This document shows positions 18,770 to 27,585 of a stretch of 37,076 bases of DNA, in pieces. The stretch covers positions 186,001 to 223,076 of the IMG/VR virus record IMGVR_UViG_3300011906_000002, one strand, 5' to 3'. Within the stretch, counting starts at the first letter, position 1. The number at the start of each line of letters is the position of its first letter. This DNA is from an uncultured virus (IMG/VR IMGVR_UViG_3300011906_000002) (taxonomy: Duplodnaviria > Heunggongvirae > Uroviricota > Caudoviricetes). Under the pieces are notes generated by a model. That model saw nothing but the letters and a program-made list of their open reading frames with translations. It searched no databases and had not been told where the DNA came from. The position numbers were made by a program, and so were the translations under genes.

Positions 18770-19024
18770 ATGACCAAGCCATGTCCAGTTGCACGTGTAC
18801 GCGCCGCCATCGAACGCAAGATAGGTTTAAAGGACCTACGCTACACCATCGATACAGAGTACGGTCCTAACGATGGCGAGCACTTGCGGTGCGTGGTAGA
18901 CGAGGGGTTTGTGACCTTTCACTTCTCCCCGTCGCTGTACGAACGACTGGACGTTGCCCACAATGAAACCCTACGACCCACCTACGAGTACATTGCTCAG
19001 CACTTAGGAATTGCAATGACTTGA
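18770..19024 (+). CDS. Hypothetical protein
   Basis: About 84 aa; AAGGGG RBS; coupled run. Confidence 0.6.
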   Translation: MTKPCPVARVRAAIERKIGLKDLRYTIDTEYGPNDGEHLRCVVDEGFVTFHFSPSLYERLDVAHNETLRPTYEYIAQHLGIAMT

Positions 19025-19047
19025 TCCAGTTAAACTAGGGGTCCTTT

Positions 19048-19512
19048 ATGGATACCAAAAATAAACAGTCCGAAGTCAACGCACTGGTAGAGAAGTTAAA
19101 GAGCATGCAGGCCGATGTCGAGCGTCGTCGTTACTTGATACGCCACTACCTCCACCGGTACGCCATGTATTGCAACGCAGCCCGTCCTGTTATGGAACAC
19201 CTGCGTGAGACCTACCTGAATTACCCACCCGAAGCCAAGGAGAAGTGTACCTTCTTGGATTACCGAGACCGTGGGTTGTTTGTGGTTAAGATCTATCGGC
19301 CTGATGTGGTGGTTCATTTCCAGCACCTGTTGAAAGAAGACCGCGTTTCGGTAGTCGTTGAAACCTACGATGAACCCGGAGTGTGTAAGAATTGTGAAGG
19401 CAACTATACCAAAGTAGCCAGTTACTTTAATTCCCTTCTTTATGTAACCAGCACTTTGGACTTGTCTATCGAAGAGACGATGGATGAAATTTTGCACCGG
19501 GTGATGAAATGA
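19048..19512 (+). CDS. Hypothetical protein
   Basis: 154 aa; AGGGG RBS; ATGA overlap with the next gene. Confidence 0.65.
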   Translation: MDTKNKQSEVNALVEKLKSMQADVERRRYLIRHYLHRYAMYCNAARPVMEHLRETYLNYPPEAKEKCTFLDYRDRGLFVVKIYRPDVVVHFQHLLKEDRVSVVVETYDEPGVCKNCEGNYTKVASYFNSLLYVTSTLDLSIEETMDEILHRVMK

Positions 19513-19964
19513 GCCGAGTAAAAGAAGCACAAGTCCGCTACAAACTGACAGAGGTGCAGATCAATGAATGGGCGCCTCGGATCGAGGCTAAGTACGAACC
19601 TACGTATCAGCGCGAAGCCTTTTTGAACTTGGTGACTCTACCATTCCAAGCTGCTAAAGAGGAATTCGGTGATCGACGAATTGGTCCTGACACCGCCGAG
19701 TTGATTAACCATCGCATTCGGGAACGGGTGTGGGAATGGGTTGACCAGCGTTCTCATTTGGGTTCCGACTTCACCCTGAATCGTTTCTTGTGGTCGGTGA
19801 TCCCTAATCCGGAACGCACCACTATGATCCCGTCGGTGTTTCCTGACGTCTTGCGTCAACTGCGTCAAGGTAATGCACCACTGCGTCTATTCAGACCTAA
19901 GTACGAGGAACTACTTAGACTGATTAGTGAGGAATTAAAACTCGAACCTGATAGGAGTTCTTGA
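19509..19964 (+). CDS. Hypothetical protein
   Basis: 151 aa; coupled on both sides. Confidence 0.65.
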   Translation: MSRVKEAQVRYKLTEVQINEWAPRIEAKYEPTYQREAFLNLVTLPFQAAKEEFGDRRIGPDTAELINHRIRERVWEWVDQRSHLGSDFTLNRFLWSVIPNPERTTMIPSVFPDVLRQLRQGNAPLRLFRPKYEELLRLISEELKLEPDRSS

Positions 19965-19965
19965 G

Positions 19966-20715
19966 ATGGAGCCTCTTGAAGCCATTGAACCGTTGGTGCT
20001 TTATCATCATTGTCAACACCCCGAAAAACTGTCGATGGAAACCCTCGAGCCCCGAGGACTATTTCTGTCGCACAACGATCGTAATTGGTCCTCGCCTCAC
20101 CTGCGTGACATCATTACGTACGAGGTGTCGTTAAAGCCTGGAACGAAGCTCAAGAAAATCTACTCGTTCTGCGACTTTGAACAACTGAAGCGTGATGACC
20201 TGATCCTCCAGTACATGGATGAAGGTTACGATGGTATCGAACATCGCTTCGGTCTCGAAGATGCCGCGGTTTTTCAAAAAGGAGGGTTGTATGAAGACTT
20301 CGAATGGGTGAAGTCCAGTAAAGAAAACCCACCCATGGGTGATTCTTCAAGTGATCAAATCTTTCTGTTTCGGGCCACCGATTCGGTAGAGAGCATCATT
20401 GTTTCGAGACCTTCTGACTTCCAAATGGCAACACAGTTCATTGAGGTTGTGTTGCCTCGAAAAGTTTTGCCTTCCCTTGGCGAGAAACCTATTGCGGACA
20501 TTCGAGACTCACGCGAGTGTCGCAGACTGTTGTCTATATATGCCCCACGAGGACATTACTTAAGTTGTTGGTATGAATTCAACTCCCATACGATCAAGCT
20601 TCGGTATATCCCCCGCCCAGTACTTGAGATTGAAACTTTAAATTTGGAGAACGATGGAGATTTAAGACGACTAATCCTCGCCGCACTCGCCGAAGCTAGC
20701 AGTTTTGTCATTTGA
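19966..20715 (+). CDS. Hypothetical protein, possible ADP-ribosyltransferase-like fold
   Basis: 249 aa; AGGAG RBS; ordered motifs LYH, GLFLS, YEVSL, GYDGI, QIFLF resemble phage ART-like domains; the function is tentative. Confidence 0.45.
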   Translation: MEPLEAIEPLVLYHHCQHPEKLSMETLEPRGLFLSHNDRNWSSPHLRDIITYEVSLKPGTKLKKIYSFCDFEQLKRDDLILQYMDEGYDGIEHRFGLEDAAVFQKGGLYEDFEWVKSSKENPPMGDSSSDQIFLFRATDSVESIIVSRPSDFQMATQFIEVVLPRKVLPSLGEKPIADIRDSRECRRLLSIYAPRGHYLSCWYEFNSHTIKLRYIPRPVLEIETLNLENDGDLRRLILAALAEASSFVI

Positions 20716-20753
20716 TCAACTAAACGCTAACCCTCCTTGATAAGGAACGACTC

Positions 20754-22004
20754 ATGTCTCACCGCGACAATAGCCCAACCGGTCAGTACCACGCCCTGAT
20801 GGAAGACATTCTGGATAACGGCATCCATTGCGAGAACCGTACCGGAATCGACACCCATAGCGTCTTTGGGCGCGTGATGCGCTTTAACATCAGCAATGGT
20901 CAGGTACCGCTGCTACACAGTAAGAAGGTTTTCACCAAAGGCATCTTCCATGAACTGGTATGGATGCTCTCAGGCGATACCAACATTCGTTACCTCAAGC
21001 AACACGGGGTAAATATCTGGGACAGTTGGGTTAAACCCGGTACTGAAGAGTATCGCGATATGACTCATAATGAAGTCTTCGATGCATTGGTGTCCTTTAA
21101 GGTCAGCGATCGTTCGAACCAGAACGAGATCAGTCCGATCGATGATGTCGATGACCCGGAAGGTCTGCACAAGGACTACTTCGAAATCAACCGTACCGAC
21201 GTACGTCTGAAAATCCGGTACAGTACCGATGAATCGTTGCGTAATGCCTACCGTGAAGTCTTTGGCAAAGAACCGTTGGCGTTGGTGGCAGGCGAACTCC
21301 CGAAGATCTACCAGCACCAGTGGCGGCGTTGGGAATCGATCAAGACGGTGGTCAATGACAGTCCGCTGGTCGATTACTACCGGGACAATGGGTATCGTCT
21401 CTGGACTGAAGTCTATCAGCCTGAAGACCGCCTGACGTACGCCATCATGAAGAAGGAGTACGATCAAATCCAGATGTTGGTCGATAAGCTCAAGAATAAC
21501 CCCGACGACCGTCGCATCATCCTGTCGGCATGGAACGTGGCTGAAATTGAGGAGATGGCTTTGCCGCCGTGTCACACCCTCCTCCATCTCAAGCCCTACA
21601 AGCTGGGTCTCAGTGAACGTAAAGTGATAGCTGAAGAGCGAGACATCCCGTTGGAGCAAGTAGCAACGCATCGCTTGTCTGGTCTACTCTACCAACGCAG
21701 CGCTGACGTACCCATTGGAGTTCCCTTCAACATCGTCCAGTACTCGTTGCTGATCCAGATGTTGGCCCATGTCACCAACATGGAAACCGGTGAGTTCGTT
21801 TGGGTTGGGGGTGACTGTCACGTTTACGAGAACCAGATCGAGGTGGCCAACCAGCAGCTGTCTCGTCCTACCGAAGGTCCTTACACCCCACGGATAATTC
21901 TGGACCCACGGGTGAAGAACATCTTTGACTTCACAGTCGAAGACATCGCGGTGGTAGACTACAACCCACAACCTGTCCTCAAGTATCCAGCAGCGGCGGT
22001 GTAA
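20754..22004 (+). CDS. thyA: Thymidylate synthase with large insertions
   Basis: NRTGIDT, ELVWML.GDTNI, IWDSW, Y..QWR.W, DQI, NNPDDRRII.SAWN, MALPPCH, YQRSAD..GVPFN, GDCHVYENQ. Confidence 0.97.
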   Translation: MSHRDNSPTGQYHALMEDILDNGIHCENRTGIDTHSVFGRVMRFNISNGQVPLLHSKKVFTKGIFHELVWMLSGDTNIRYLKQHGVNIWDSWVKPGTEEYRDMTHNEVFDALVSFKVSDRSNQNEISPIDDVDDPEGLHKDYFEINRTDVRLKIRYSTDESLRNAYREVFGKEPLALVAGELPKIYQHQWRRWESIKTVVNDSPLVDYYRDNGYRLWTEVYQPEDRLTYAIMKKEYDQIQMLVDKLKNNPDDRRIILSAWNVAEIEEMALPPCHTLLHLKPYKLGLSERKVIAEERDIPLEQVATHRLSGLLYQRSADVPIGVPFNIVQYSLLIQMLAHVTNMETGEFVWVGGDCHVYENQIEVANQQLSRPTEGPYTPRIILDPRVKNIFDFTVEDIAVVDYNPQPVLKYPAAAV

Positions 22005-22047
22005 CTATGTCCAAGCCCCAACGTCTGAAGCTTGGGCAATTGTAATA

Positions 22048-22078
22048 CGGCATAAGAGGGTGGGACAACCCACCCTCT
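22048..22078 (-). terminator. Terminator-like hairpin with TATGCCG tail on the minus-strand side
   Basis: CGGCATA-AGAGGGTGGG-ACAA-CCCACCCTCT. Confidence 0.65.
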
Positions 22079-22097
22079 CTTAAACTAGGATTTGGTT

Positions 22098-22475
22098 ATG
22101 ATACCGAACAAATTTGCTTTGACAATAAACGGAATAGAAGAACCTCGAACCTTTACTAAAGACGACCTTTGTGCATTGATGGGACAGACTCCTTATCAGT
22201 TTCAGACCAATGGGATTGAAATTAAAGATGGGTCTGTTTTTGAACTGTTCTTTGTTGAAGATTGTGTCGACTACACTGTGTACAATTACCACACCAAAGT
22301 TTCACAGGCAGACTTTCGTAGCGAGTTGATCGGTGCCGAAGGTTCGGTACGAATCATAGAGGACATCATCTGTACGGTGTCATTTACTCAATATTCGGGC
22401 GATACCGACATTCATGTGGAACTCTCAGAGCACGGGGAGTGTCGCCAAGTTCCAGATTTGCGTTTAGTGGTATAA
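22098..22475 (+). CDS. Hypothetical protein
   Basis: ATG 22098 after TAGGA; about 125 aa. Confidence 0.6.
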   Translation: MIPNKFALTINGIEEPRTFTKDDLCALMGQTPYQFQTNGIEIKDGSVFELFFVEDCVDYTVYNYHTKVSQADFRSELIGAEGSVRIIEDIICTVSFTQYSGDTDIHVELSEHGECRQVPDLRLVV

Positions 22476-22493
22476 CTTAAACTGGAGGTCCTG

Positions 22494-22901
22494 ATGGACA
22501 TCGACACACTAGGTCAGCGTTACCTTGCCTTAGGCGAGATTAACCTACCTGATAAAGTTTTCTTCAGTTTCGAACAAAACCAAAAGGTCTACCACCTTAA
22601 AGCTTTCCGAGCAACAGGTGCAGCCATGCAAATGGATGACCTTTGGTATTACACTCAAGTCGAAGGTGCGTTGGTGTTAGAGTTAGGGGTGCGTGATCAT
22701 CACCTGTTACCACAACTCCAGTACCCAGAACTCTTTGTGTTTACCGAACACCGAGAAGACGGCTACATAGCCGATTACTCCAAGAAGTACCGGGGTGGAA
22801 TCCCAGAAGAATGTGATGACGCCTTTGACAAACTCTTTACCCTCTTCGAATATCTGGTAAAACAAGATGAATCAGGAATCCCGTACGTTCCAAGTATTTG
22901 A
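22494..22901 (+). CDS. Hypothetical protein
   Basis: 135 aa; GGAGG RBS. Confidence 0.7.
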   Translation: MDIDTLGQRYLALGEINLPDKVFFSFEQNQKVYHLKAFRATGAAMQMDDLWYYTQVEGALVLELGVRDHHLLPQLQYPELFVFTEHREDGYIADYSKKYRGGIPEECDDAFDKLFTLFEYLVKQDESGIPYVPSI

Positions 22902-23052
22902 CAAAACCACAGGCGAACGCTCTGAGGTCACAGGCGTAACTGCACTCGCCAAACTTCTCAAACTCCCCCCAGAACACATTCCTGAAATCTACATCACCAA
23001 AGTAACCTTTAGTCATCACACCGTTTACGAACACACCCCTCATTCTAGGTAA
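22867..23052 (+). CDS. Small hypothetical protein (weak NUMOD1/HTH-like look)
   Basis: 61 aa; fills the gap; VFDKTTGE...TALAKLL pattern only suggestive. Confidence 0.45.
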   Translation: MNQESRTFQVFDKTTGERSEVTGVTALAKLLKLPPEHIPEIYITKVTFSHHTVYEHTPHSR

Positions 23053-23056
23053 TCCC

Positions 23057-23776
23057 ATGAGTAGCATCCCAGGATATACGCTCGAAGCTTTTGTCGCATG
23101 GCAATTTGATCTGATAGTTGAAGGTGCAGGCGAAACCAATGTCAGTCGCGGTATAGCAGAAAGTATTGGTAACGCAGTACACCGACCTGTGTTGTCTAAG
23201 GTGCAGTTCATGCCTTTGGTGGCTATGTACGAACCGTATCGTGAAACCATTGAACGGCGTTTGGGCGACTTCAATGAAGAAACCCAGTCATGGCGTGGCT
23301 ATGCTGAATACGTAGACTTGGACGTTCCGTTAGATATTGTCGAAGCGGCTCAAGAATATGTCAAGGTGTTGACTACTACCCCAAGTACCCATCCTGTTCC
23401 CACGATCTACAACAAAGGTGAGTACAAGTCGCTGACCTTGCGTGAGATCGAAGAACTCGAGAACAAGCGTATAAGGCACGCCAGTACCATGAAGGTGGCT
23501 CACCTCGAGGATATGATCGAACGTGTCATGTTCGACGTTCTGTTGAGTCCTGCAGGGCGTCCTAGCACCACTGTGTGTCGGTTGTATCTGACTGAGACCT
23601 TCAGCGTGATTGGTTCGTCCAATGTCTTGGATCATGACAATTACGACGCCGAATCAGGCAACCATTTCGCCTACATGGATGCCTTTGACAAACTGTGGGA
23701 CTACGCAGCAGTGTTATCTCACATGTCGGCCGTAGTGATTGACAGAAACGTCAAAGTAGCCTTGAAGAAAGACTAA
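23057..23776 (+). CDS. Two-domain protein with C-terminal N4 Gp49/Sf6 gp66-family (Acb4-like) domain
   Basis: C-terminal TTVCRLYLTETFSVIGSSNVLDHDNYDAESGNHFAYMDAFDKLWDY fits the family pattern T.C.L.L.NGF.V.G.SAC....NFD.E.G...A...A..K.W; N-terminal ~140 aa unknown. Confidence 0.65.
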   Translation: MSSIPGYTLEAFVAWQFDLIVEGAGETNVSRGIAESIGNAVHRPVLSKVQFMPLVAMYEPYRETIERRLGDFNEETQSWRGYAEYVDLDVPLDIVEAAQEYVKVLTTTPSTHPVPTIYNKGEYKSLTLREIEELENKRIRHASTMKVAHLEDMIERVMFDVLLSPAGRPSTTVCRLYLTETFSVIGSSNVLDHDNYDAESGNHFAYMDAFDKLWDYAAVLSHMSAVVIDRNVKVALKKD

Positions 23777-23780
23777 CCCT

Positions 23781-23813
23781 AACCCGATCCTCACGGGTCG
23801 GGTTTTATGACGC
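23781..23813 (+). terminator. Intrinsic terminator with TATGACG tail
   Basis: AACCCGATCC-TCAC-GGGTCGGGTT then TTATGACGC. Confidence 0.85.
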
Positions 23814-23923
23814 TGATCGGTTAAATCTAACGGCTGTGCAGTATTTAATAGAGACTGTATAGCTTTTTCCTTGGGGGTTTTATGAACGTCTTTATTAAGG
23901 CTGAGTGTATAGAGGAGGCTTGT

Positions 23924-24433
23924 ATGCAGATAGACATGTTTGCACCACAAGAGGCCGGTACGGTCGCCATGGAACCCTTAGGTCCAGGTTGGATGGCACG
24001 TTATCATCACCAACCCAACTGTAAAGTTCCTCCTCTGATTATCGTTGATGACAAGTTGGATGTGTATGTCAAACAACTGGTGGCCACTAAAATCAACCTA
24101 GCCGTATCCTGGTGGTTGATTGCGAGTTACGCCTACTACATCCTTGATGAAACTTTAATCAGCGATGAGCTATTTGATGAACTTACCCAAGTCATCAAAC
24201 TTAACTTTGACCGTATTGAACACATCAATAAAGACCTGATCACCGAAGATCGTTTGTCGGCAGGTTCGGCGTATGACTTGCGTCTGTACCCCACCCGTGT
24301 GATGAGTGTAACCCAGCAGTTACTGGAGAAAATGCGTCAAGCTTATCCCAATAAAAAGATGAGTGCATCGTACGAACAGTTGGGTAAACCGCTCAAAGAT
24401 CCTTCTGAATATAAAAGCATGGTCCGCCCCTGA
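23924..24433 (+). CDS. Stand-alone NAD-dependent DNA ligase domain Ia-like protein
   Basis: Probable ATG 23924 after GAGGAGG (alternative 23882); ASYAYYILDETLISDELFDEL matches LigA Ia YY.LD.P.ISD.EYD.L; no KxDG adenylation domain. Confidence 0.65.
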   Translation: MQIDMFAPQEAGTVAMEPLGPGWMARYHHQPNCKVPPLIIVDDKLDVYVKQLVATKINLAVSWWLIASYAYYILDETLISDELFDELTQVIKLNFDRIEHINKDLITEDRLSAGSAYDLRLYPTRVMSVTQQLLEKMRQAYPNKKMSASYEQLGKPLKDPSEYKSMVRP

Positions 24434-24456
24434 AAAGGGTGCGGACTTTATGCCGC
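24422..24456 (+). terminator. Terminator with TATGCCG tail overlapping the stop codon
   Basis: GTCCGC-CCCT-GAAA-AGGG-T-GCGGAC then TTTATGCCGC. Confidence 0.75.
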
Positions 24457-24463
24457 CTTTGTT

Positions 24464-24476
24464 CAGAAATCGTATG
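24464..24476 (+). promoter_or_regulatory. Putative late promoter of fibre module 1
   Basis: CAGAAATCGTATG; near-identical to 28470-28482 and 35009-35020. Confidence 0.65.
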
Positions 24477-24539
24477 AAAAAGGAACAGGGATTGTGCTTG
24501 GGATACTGGCCTCTCTACAAGCACTGTTCTTTTTTTTTT
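24477..24539 (+). promoter_or_regulatory. Structured 5' leader hairpin with TACTGGCCTC loop and poly-T tail
   Basis: AAAAAGGAACA/TGTTCTTTTTT and GTGCTTG-GGA/TCT-A-CAAGCAC stems enclose the loop at 24504-24513; same loop at 35047-35056. Confidence 0.6.
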
Positions 24540-24567
24540 GCCCTAATACACAACTGGAATCTTTATC

Positions 24568-24966
24568 ATGTCTGAGAAACGTTTTTTCGGTTTTACCGAT
24601 TTCTCCAATTGGGTTCGGGGACAAGTCACCACCCTGAGCGAATACTTAAATCTTAAACTGGGTGAGGCCGATACTCGTCTAGGCGAGATGGATACCAAGC
24701 TGCTGAACAAAGCAGACCAAAGTGCTCTGGATCTCACCAACGAAGCGGTGGCCACTAAAGCCAATCAAAACGAAGTGTCTGATGCACTGGACAGTAAGTT
24801 GAATGCTGATGCCATTGCCGTTGATTCGGCGAAGCTGGGTGGACAAGAACCGACTCACTTTGCCACTGCACAAGCAGTCACTCAGTTGGAAGCTGACGTC
24901 AACACTATGCTGACTGACCTCACTGCTGCGTTTAACGCCGGCACTGAAACCATCAACGCCGTCTAA
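24568..24966 (+). CDS. Short tail-fibre/adaptor protein (MSEKRFFGF family, module 1)
   Basis: 132 aa; N-terminus shared with 28536 and 35108; KADQ/KANQ coiled-coil repeats; DSAKLGG fibre motif. Confidence 0.7.
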   Translation: MSEKRFFGFTDFSNWVRGQVTTLSEYLNLKLGEADTRLGEMDTKLLNKADQSALDLTNEAVATKANQNEVSDALDSKLNADAIAVDSAKLGGQEPTHFATAQAVTQLEADVNTMLTDLTAAFNAGTETINAV

Positions 24967-24977
24967 GTAGGAGGTGA

Positions 24978-25796
24978 ATGATGGGCCTTAACACCATAGC
25001 TGAACTTGCTACGCGTGTCGCCACGGCTCATCAGGACTCACGGGAATTCGCCGAACAGTACCCAGATTTACTTAAACAGAGTTTGTCTGTGGTGCTGTAC
25101 GTCGATCCCGATACGGGGAATGATGACAACGATGGCCTGTCGTGGACAAGTGCTAAAGCCACGATCCGCAGTGCGGCAGACGAGATCCCAGGGGGTGGAT
25201 CAGGCACGATTAATTTGGTCAAGGGTAAAATCTATCTGCTGACCGCTGACATTCCGTGTGGGAACAAATTCATCCAGATCAACGGGATTCATGATTTTGA
25301 TTACACCGGGACTTACGCCACAATCAAACCGGTCTTTAACAACAGTCCTACCTTGGTGGCTGGTACGCGTTTTCACATCGGACAAAACGGGTTTCTATAC
25401 CTACGAGGTTGTCGACTGGAGACCTTAAAATACACCGCCGCTGAAGCCAGTTTAACCCACACCGATTACGCAACGTCTTTGTTGAACACCAACACGGCGT
25501 GGGGCGCCTTCTGGTTGGAACATTGTCAGGTGATCTTGAACAATGGTCCGTTGATGCATCAGCACTCAGCAGGTAGTTACGGGTGTGCTGATTTGTTTAT
25601 GCGTGAGATCGACGTCACTCGCACCCCAGTCGGTGAACTGACAGACAGTCGCCGCAGTGCAGTGTTAATGGGGACGCACGGTAACGCACCGATTCCGTTT
25701 CGGCTTTATGCGTACCGGGTCATTCTCAACAACATCCCAACGCTTAAAGAACTGTTTACCCAAACTTTGGTTGCGGCAAAAACCAACGTCGTTTAA
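24978..25796 (+). CDS. Putative tail-fibre receptor-binding protein, paralogue A1
   Basis: 272 aa; LYVDPDTGNDDNDG...AKATI..A motif of beta-helix/tailspike-like domains; paralogous to 25809. Confidence 0.6.
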   Translation: MMGLNTIAELATRVATAHQDSREFAEQYPDLLKQSLSVVLYVDPDTGNDDNDGLSWTSAKATIRSAADEIPGGGSGTINLVKGKIYLLTADIPCGNKFIQINGIHDFDYTGTYATIKPVFNNSPTLVAGTRFHIGQNGFLYLRGCRLETLKYTAAEASLTHTDYATSLLNTNTAWGAFWLEHCQVILNNGPLMHQHSAGSYGCADLFMREIDVTRTPVGELTDSRRSAVLMGTHGNAPIPFRLYAYRVILNNIPTLKELFTQTLVAAKTNVV

Positions 25797-25808
25797 CTAG
25801 GAGGTTAT

Positions 25809-26669
25809 ATGAGTATTCCAACAGGTGCCTCCGCTACACTGGAGGCGTTTAACCAATTCGTCTCTGGAGTAGAAGGAAAGTTGACCGGGTTTAAACAAAC
25901 CCAAACGGATTTGTCCAAAGGTGCCGGCACCACCGTACACCAGAACATGGATCAAATCCTTTACGTCGACCCTACAGCAGGCAACGACAGCAACGATGCT
26001 CGTTCGTGGTTCATGGCCGCTGCCACCATCGAAGGTGCCGTGTCTAAAGTTCCGGTTGGTGGATTCGCAGCGATCTATCTCAAGGCGGGTGTGACTCACC
26101 GGATGACCCAACAGGTTGATCTGGAAAATCGCTCGATTCTTTTGGCTGCCTCGACTTACGACTACTACGTTGACTCCACCTACATCCCAATCGAATCGGT
26201 GATGTACGTCGTGGAAGACGGAGAGGTGCAGGCCGGTGGGTTTAAGATGGGGCGGCGGAGTTTCTTGCGGGTGGTGGGATGTAAACTCATCACAGGCAAA
26301 TACACCGCAGCACAAGCAAGTTTAATCAAAAACGATTGGCAGTCCTCGTTTATCAGTTCCTTCGGATCGAAAGGTACGGTGTTCTTGGAACACTGTCAGA
26401 TCGTTCTGAATAACGGACAGTTTACGCACCAGCACACCGGTGGCAGTATCGGGACGGTTGATCTCTACATGCGTAACGTAGACATTGTGGTGACTGCAGT
26501 TTCTGCCTTAGTAGTGACTGCACGGTCCCCCTACCTGATCGGACAATACGCTGGCGATGCCATGCCTTTCTTTGCGTACGGTATTGAGATGTCCAAAGCT
26601 TCGGGTGTGACGTGGGCCAGTTTGATCTACGCCACCACTACTTACGCCACCACTAACCTGAAGGATTGA
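25809..26669 (+). CDS. Putative tail-fibre receptor-binding protein, paralogue A2
   Basis: 286 aa; LYVDPTAGNDSND; shares KYTAA.ASL and LEHCQ..LNNG...HQH..GS.G..DL.MR with A1. Confidence 0.6.
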   Translation: MSIPTGASATLEAFNQFVSGVEGKLTGFKQTQTDLSKGAGTTVHQNMDQILYVDPTAGNDSNDARSWFMAAATIEGAVSKVPVGGFAAIYLKAGVTHRMTQQVDLENRSILLAASTYDYYVDSTYIPIESVMYVVEDGEVQAGGFKMGRRSFLRVVGCKLITGKYTAAQASLIKNDWQSSFISSFGSKGTVFLEHCQIVLNNGQFTHQHTGGSIGTVDLYMRNVDIVVTAVSALVVTARSPYLIGQYAGDAMPFFAYGIEMSKASGVTWASLIYATTTYATTNLKD

Positions 26670-26673
26670 TGAC

Positions 26674-26943
26674 ATGTTGATCAAGTCATTGGAACACGAA
26701 GGTCGAGTTTACGACTTTTGGGAAGCCGACCGTTTGTTGGAAATTGGGTTGCCAGCCGATGTTGTTCAAGCTGCCGTAACTCGTCAAGAACTGGAAGACG
26801 TTCAAGCGCTGCGACAAACAGCTTACCGAGCCGAATCCGATCCGCTCTTTCTGGAATGGCAATACGACCAGACCCCCGAGAGCGAACAACTGTGGCGTGA
26901 CAAAGTAGCTGAGATTAAAGCTCGCTATCCGTTGCCTGTCTAA
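26674..26943 (+). CDS. Putative tail-fibre assembly chaperone
   Basis: R..AY..ESDPLF.EWQYD......W..KV.EIK.RYP pattern, common downstream of fibre genes. Confidence 0.6.
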   Translation: MLIKSLEHEGRVYDFWEADRLLEIGLPADVVQAAVTRQELEDVQALRQTAYRAESDPLFLEWQYDQTPESEQLWRDKVAEIKARYPLPV

Positions 26944-26955
26944 CCGAGGTGGTCT

Positions 26956-27576
26956 ATGGACGCTACAACACGGGCGGCCTTATCCGAGTCGATCGATAAT
27001 TTCTCTATGGCTATTAAAGGGAAAACCGATACACTCGAAGTAGGGATCGCTGAACAAGAAACAAACGCAATACAGCAAAGCGAACTGCGTGAGATTGATG
27101 GCATTCCGTACAACATCGGAACAGTGCGTAAGTCGATCTTCCAGGGGTTTATCGCAAACACCACAGGTACTGTGGAATCAACAAGTGCACAAGGGGATTT
27201 TGACCTAATTCCAAACCTAGGTACCAATGCTAACGTGTACGTGCACATCAAGGTTCCGATTAACGTCAATGTAAATTCGGAGATGATGTGGTTTCACCTA
27301 ACAGGGTATGCGTTTGGTGCTGCTAAGATCATTGACGAGGTAATCGTCGGTTACAGCTACGCTCCTAGTAAGACCCTTATGAACAACAGTGCATCAGGCA
27401 ATCTAAGTCCTGTTATGTATACCGATGCCAGTGGTAACGTGGTGTTGCGACTTTTGTTCCCAAGTATCTATTACGCCACGCTCAAGATCGATACCATGAA
27501 GGTGGGTAACGGTCGCCTGTTTCAGAAAGGCGATCTGATTGCCAGACTCTCACTTAGCGCTACCATTAACTTCTAA
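26956..27576 (+). CDS. Putative tail-fibre tip/lectin-like protein, paralogue B1
   Basis: 206 aa; short helical N-terminus then beta-rich domain; paralogous to 27817. Confidence 0.55.
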   Translation: MDATTRAALSESIDNFSMAIKGKTDTLEVGIAEQETNAIQQSELREIDGIPYNIGTVRKSIFQGFIANTTGTVESTSAQGDFDLIPNLGTNANVYVHIKVPINVNVNSEMMWFHLTGYAFGAAKIIDEVIVGYSYAPSKTLMNNSASGNLSPVMYTDASGNVVLRLLFPSIYYATLKIDTMKVGNGRLFQKGDLIARLSLSATINF

Positions 27577-27585
27577 GGAGTTATC

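Noticed and set aside
21030..21458. Intein or intron in thyA
   Set aside because: The frame is continuous, the inserts lack Cys/Ser...His-Asn splice ends and homing-endonuclease motifs, and they are short.
20754..22004. ThyA-like base-modifying enzyme (dCMP hydroxymethylase)
   Set aside because: Retains canonical ThyA motifs including the PFN asparagine, and no modification genes are adjacent.
22007..22045. 12-codon mini-ORF MSKPQRLKLGQL after thyA
   Set aside because: Too short, weak RBS, no supporting features.
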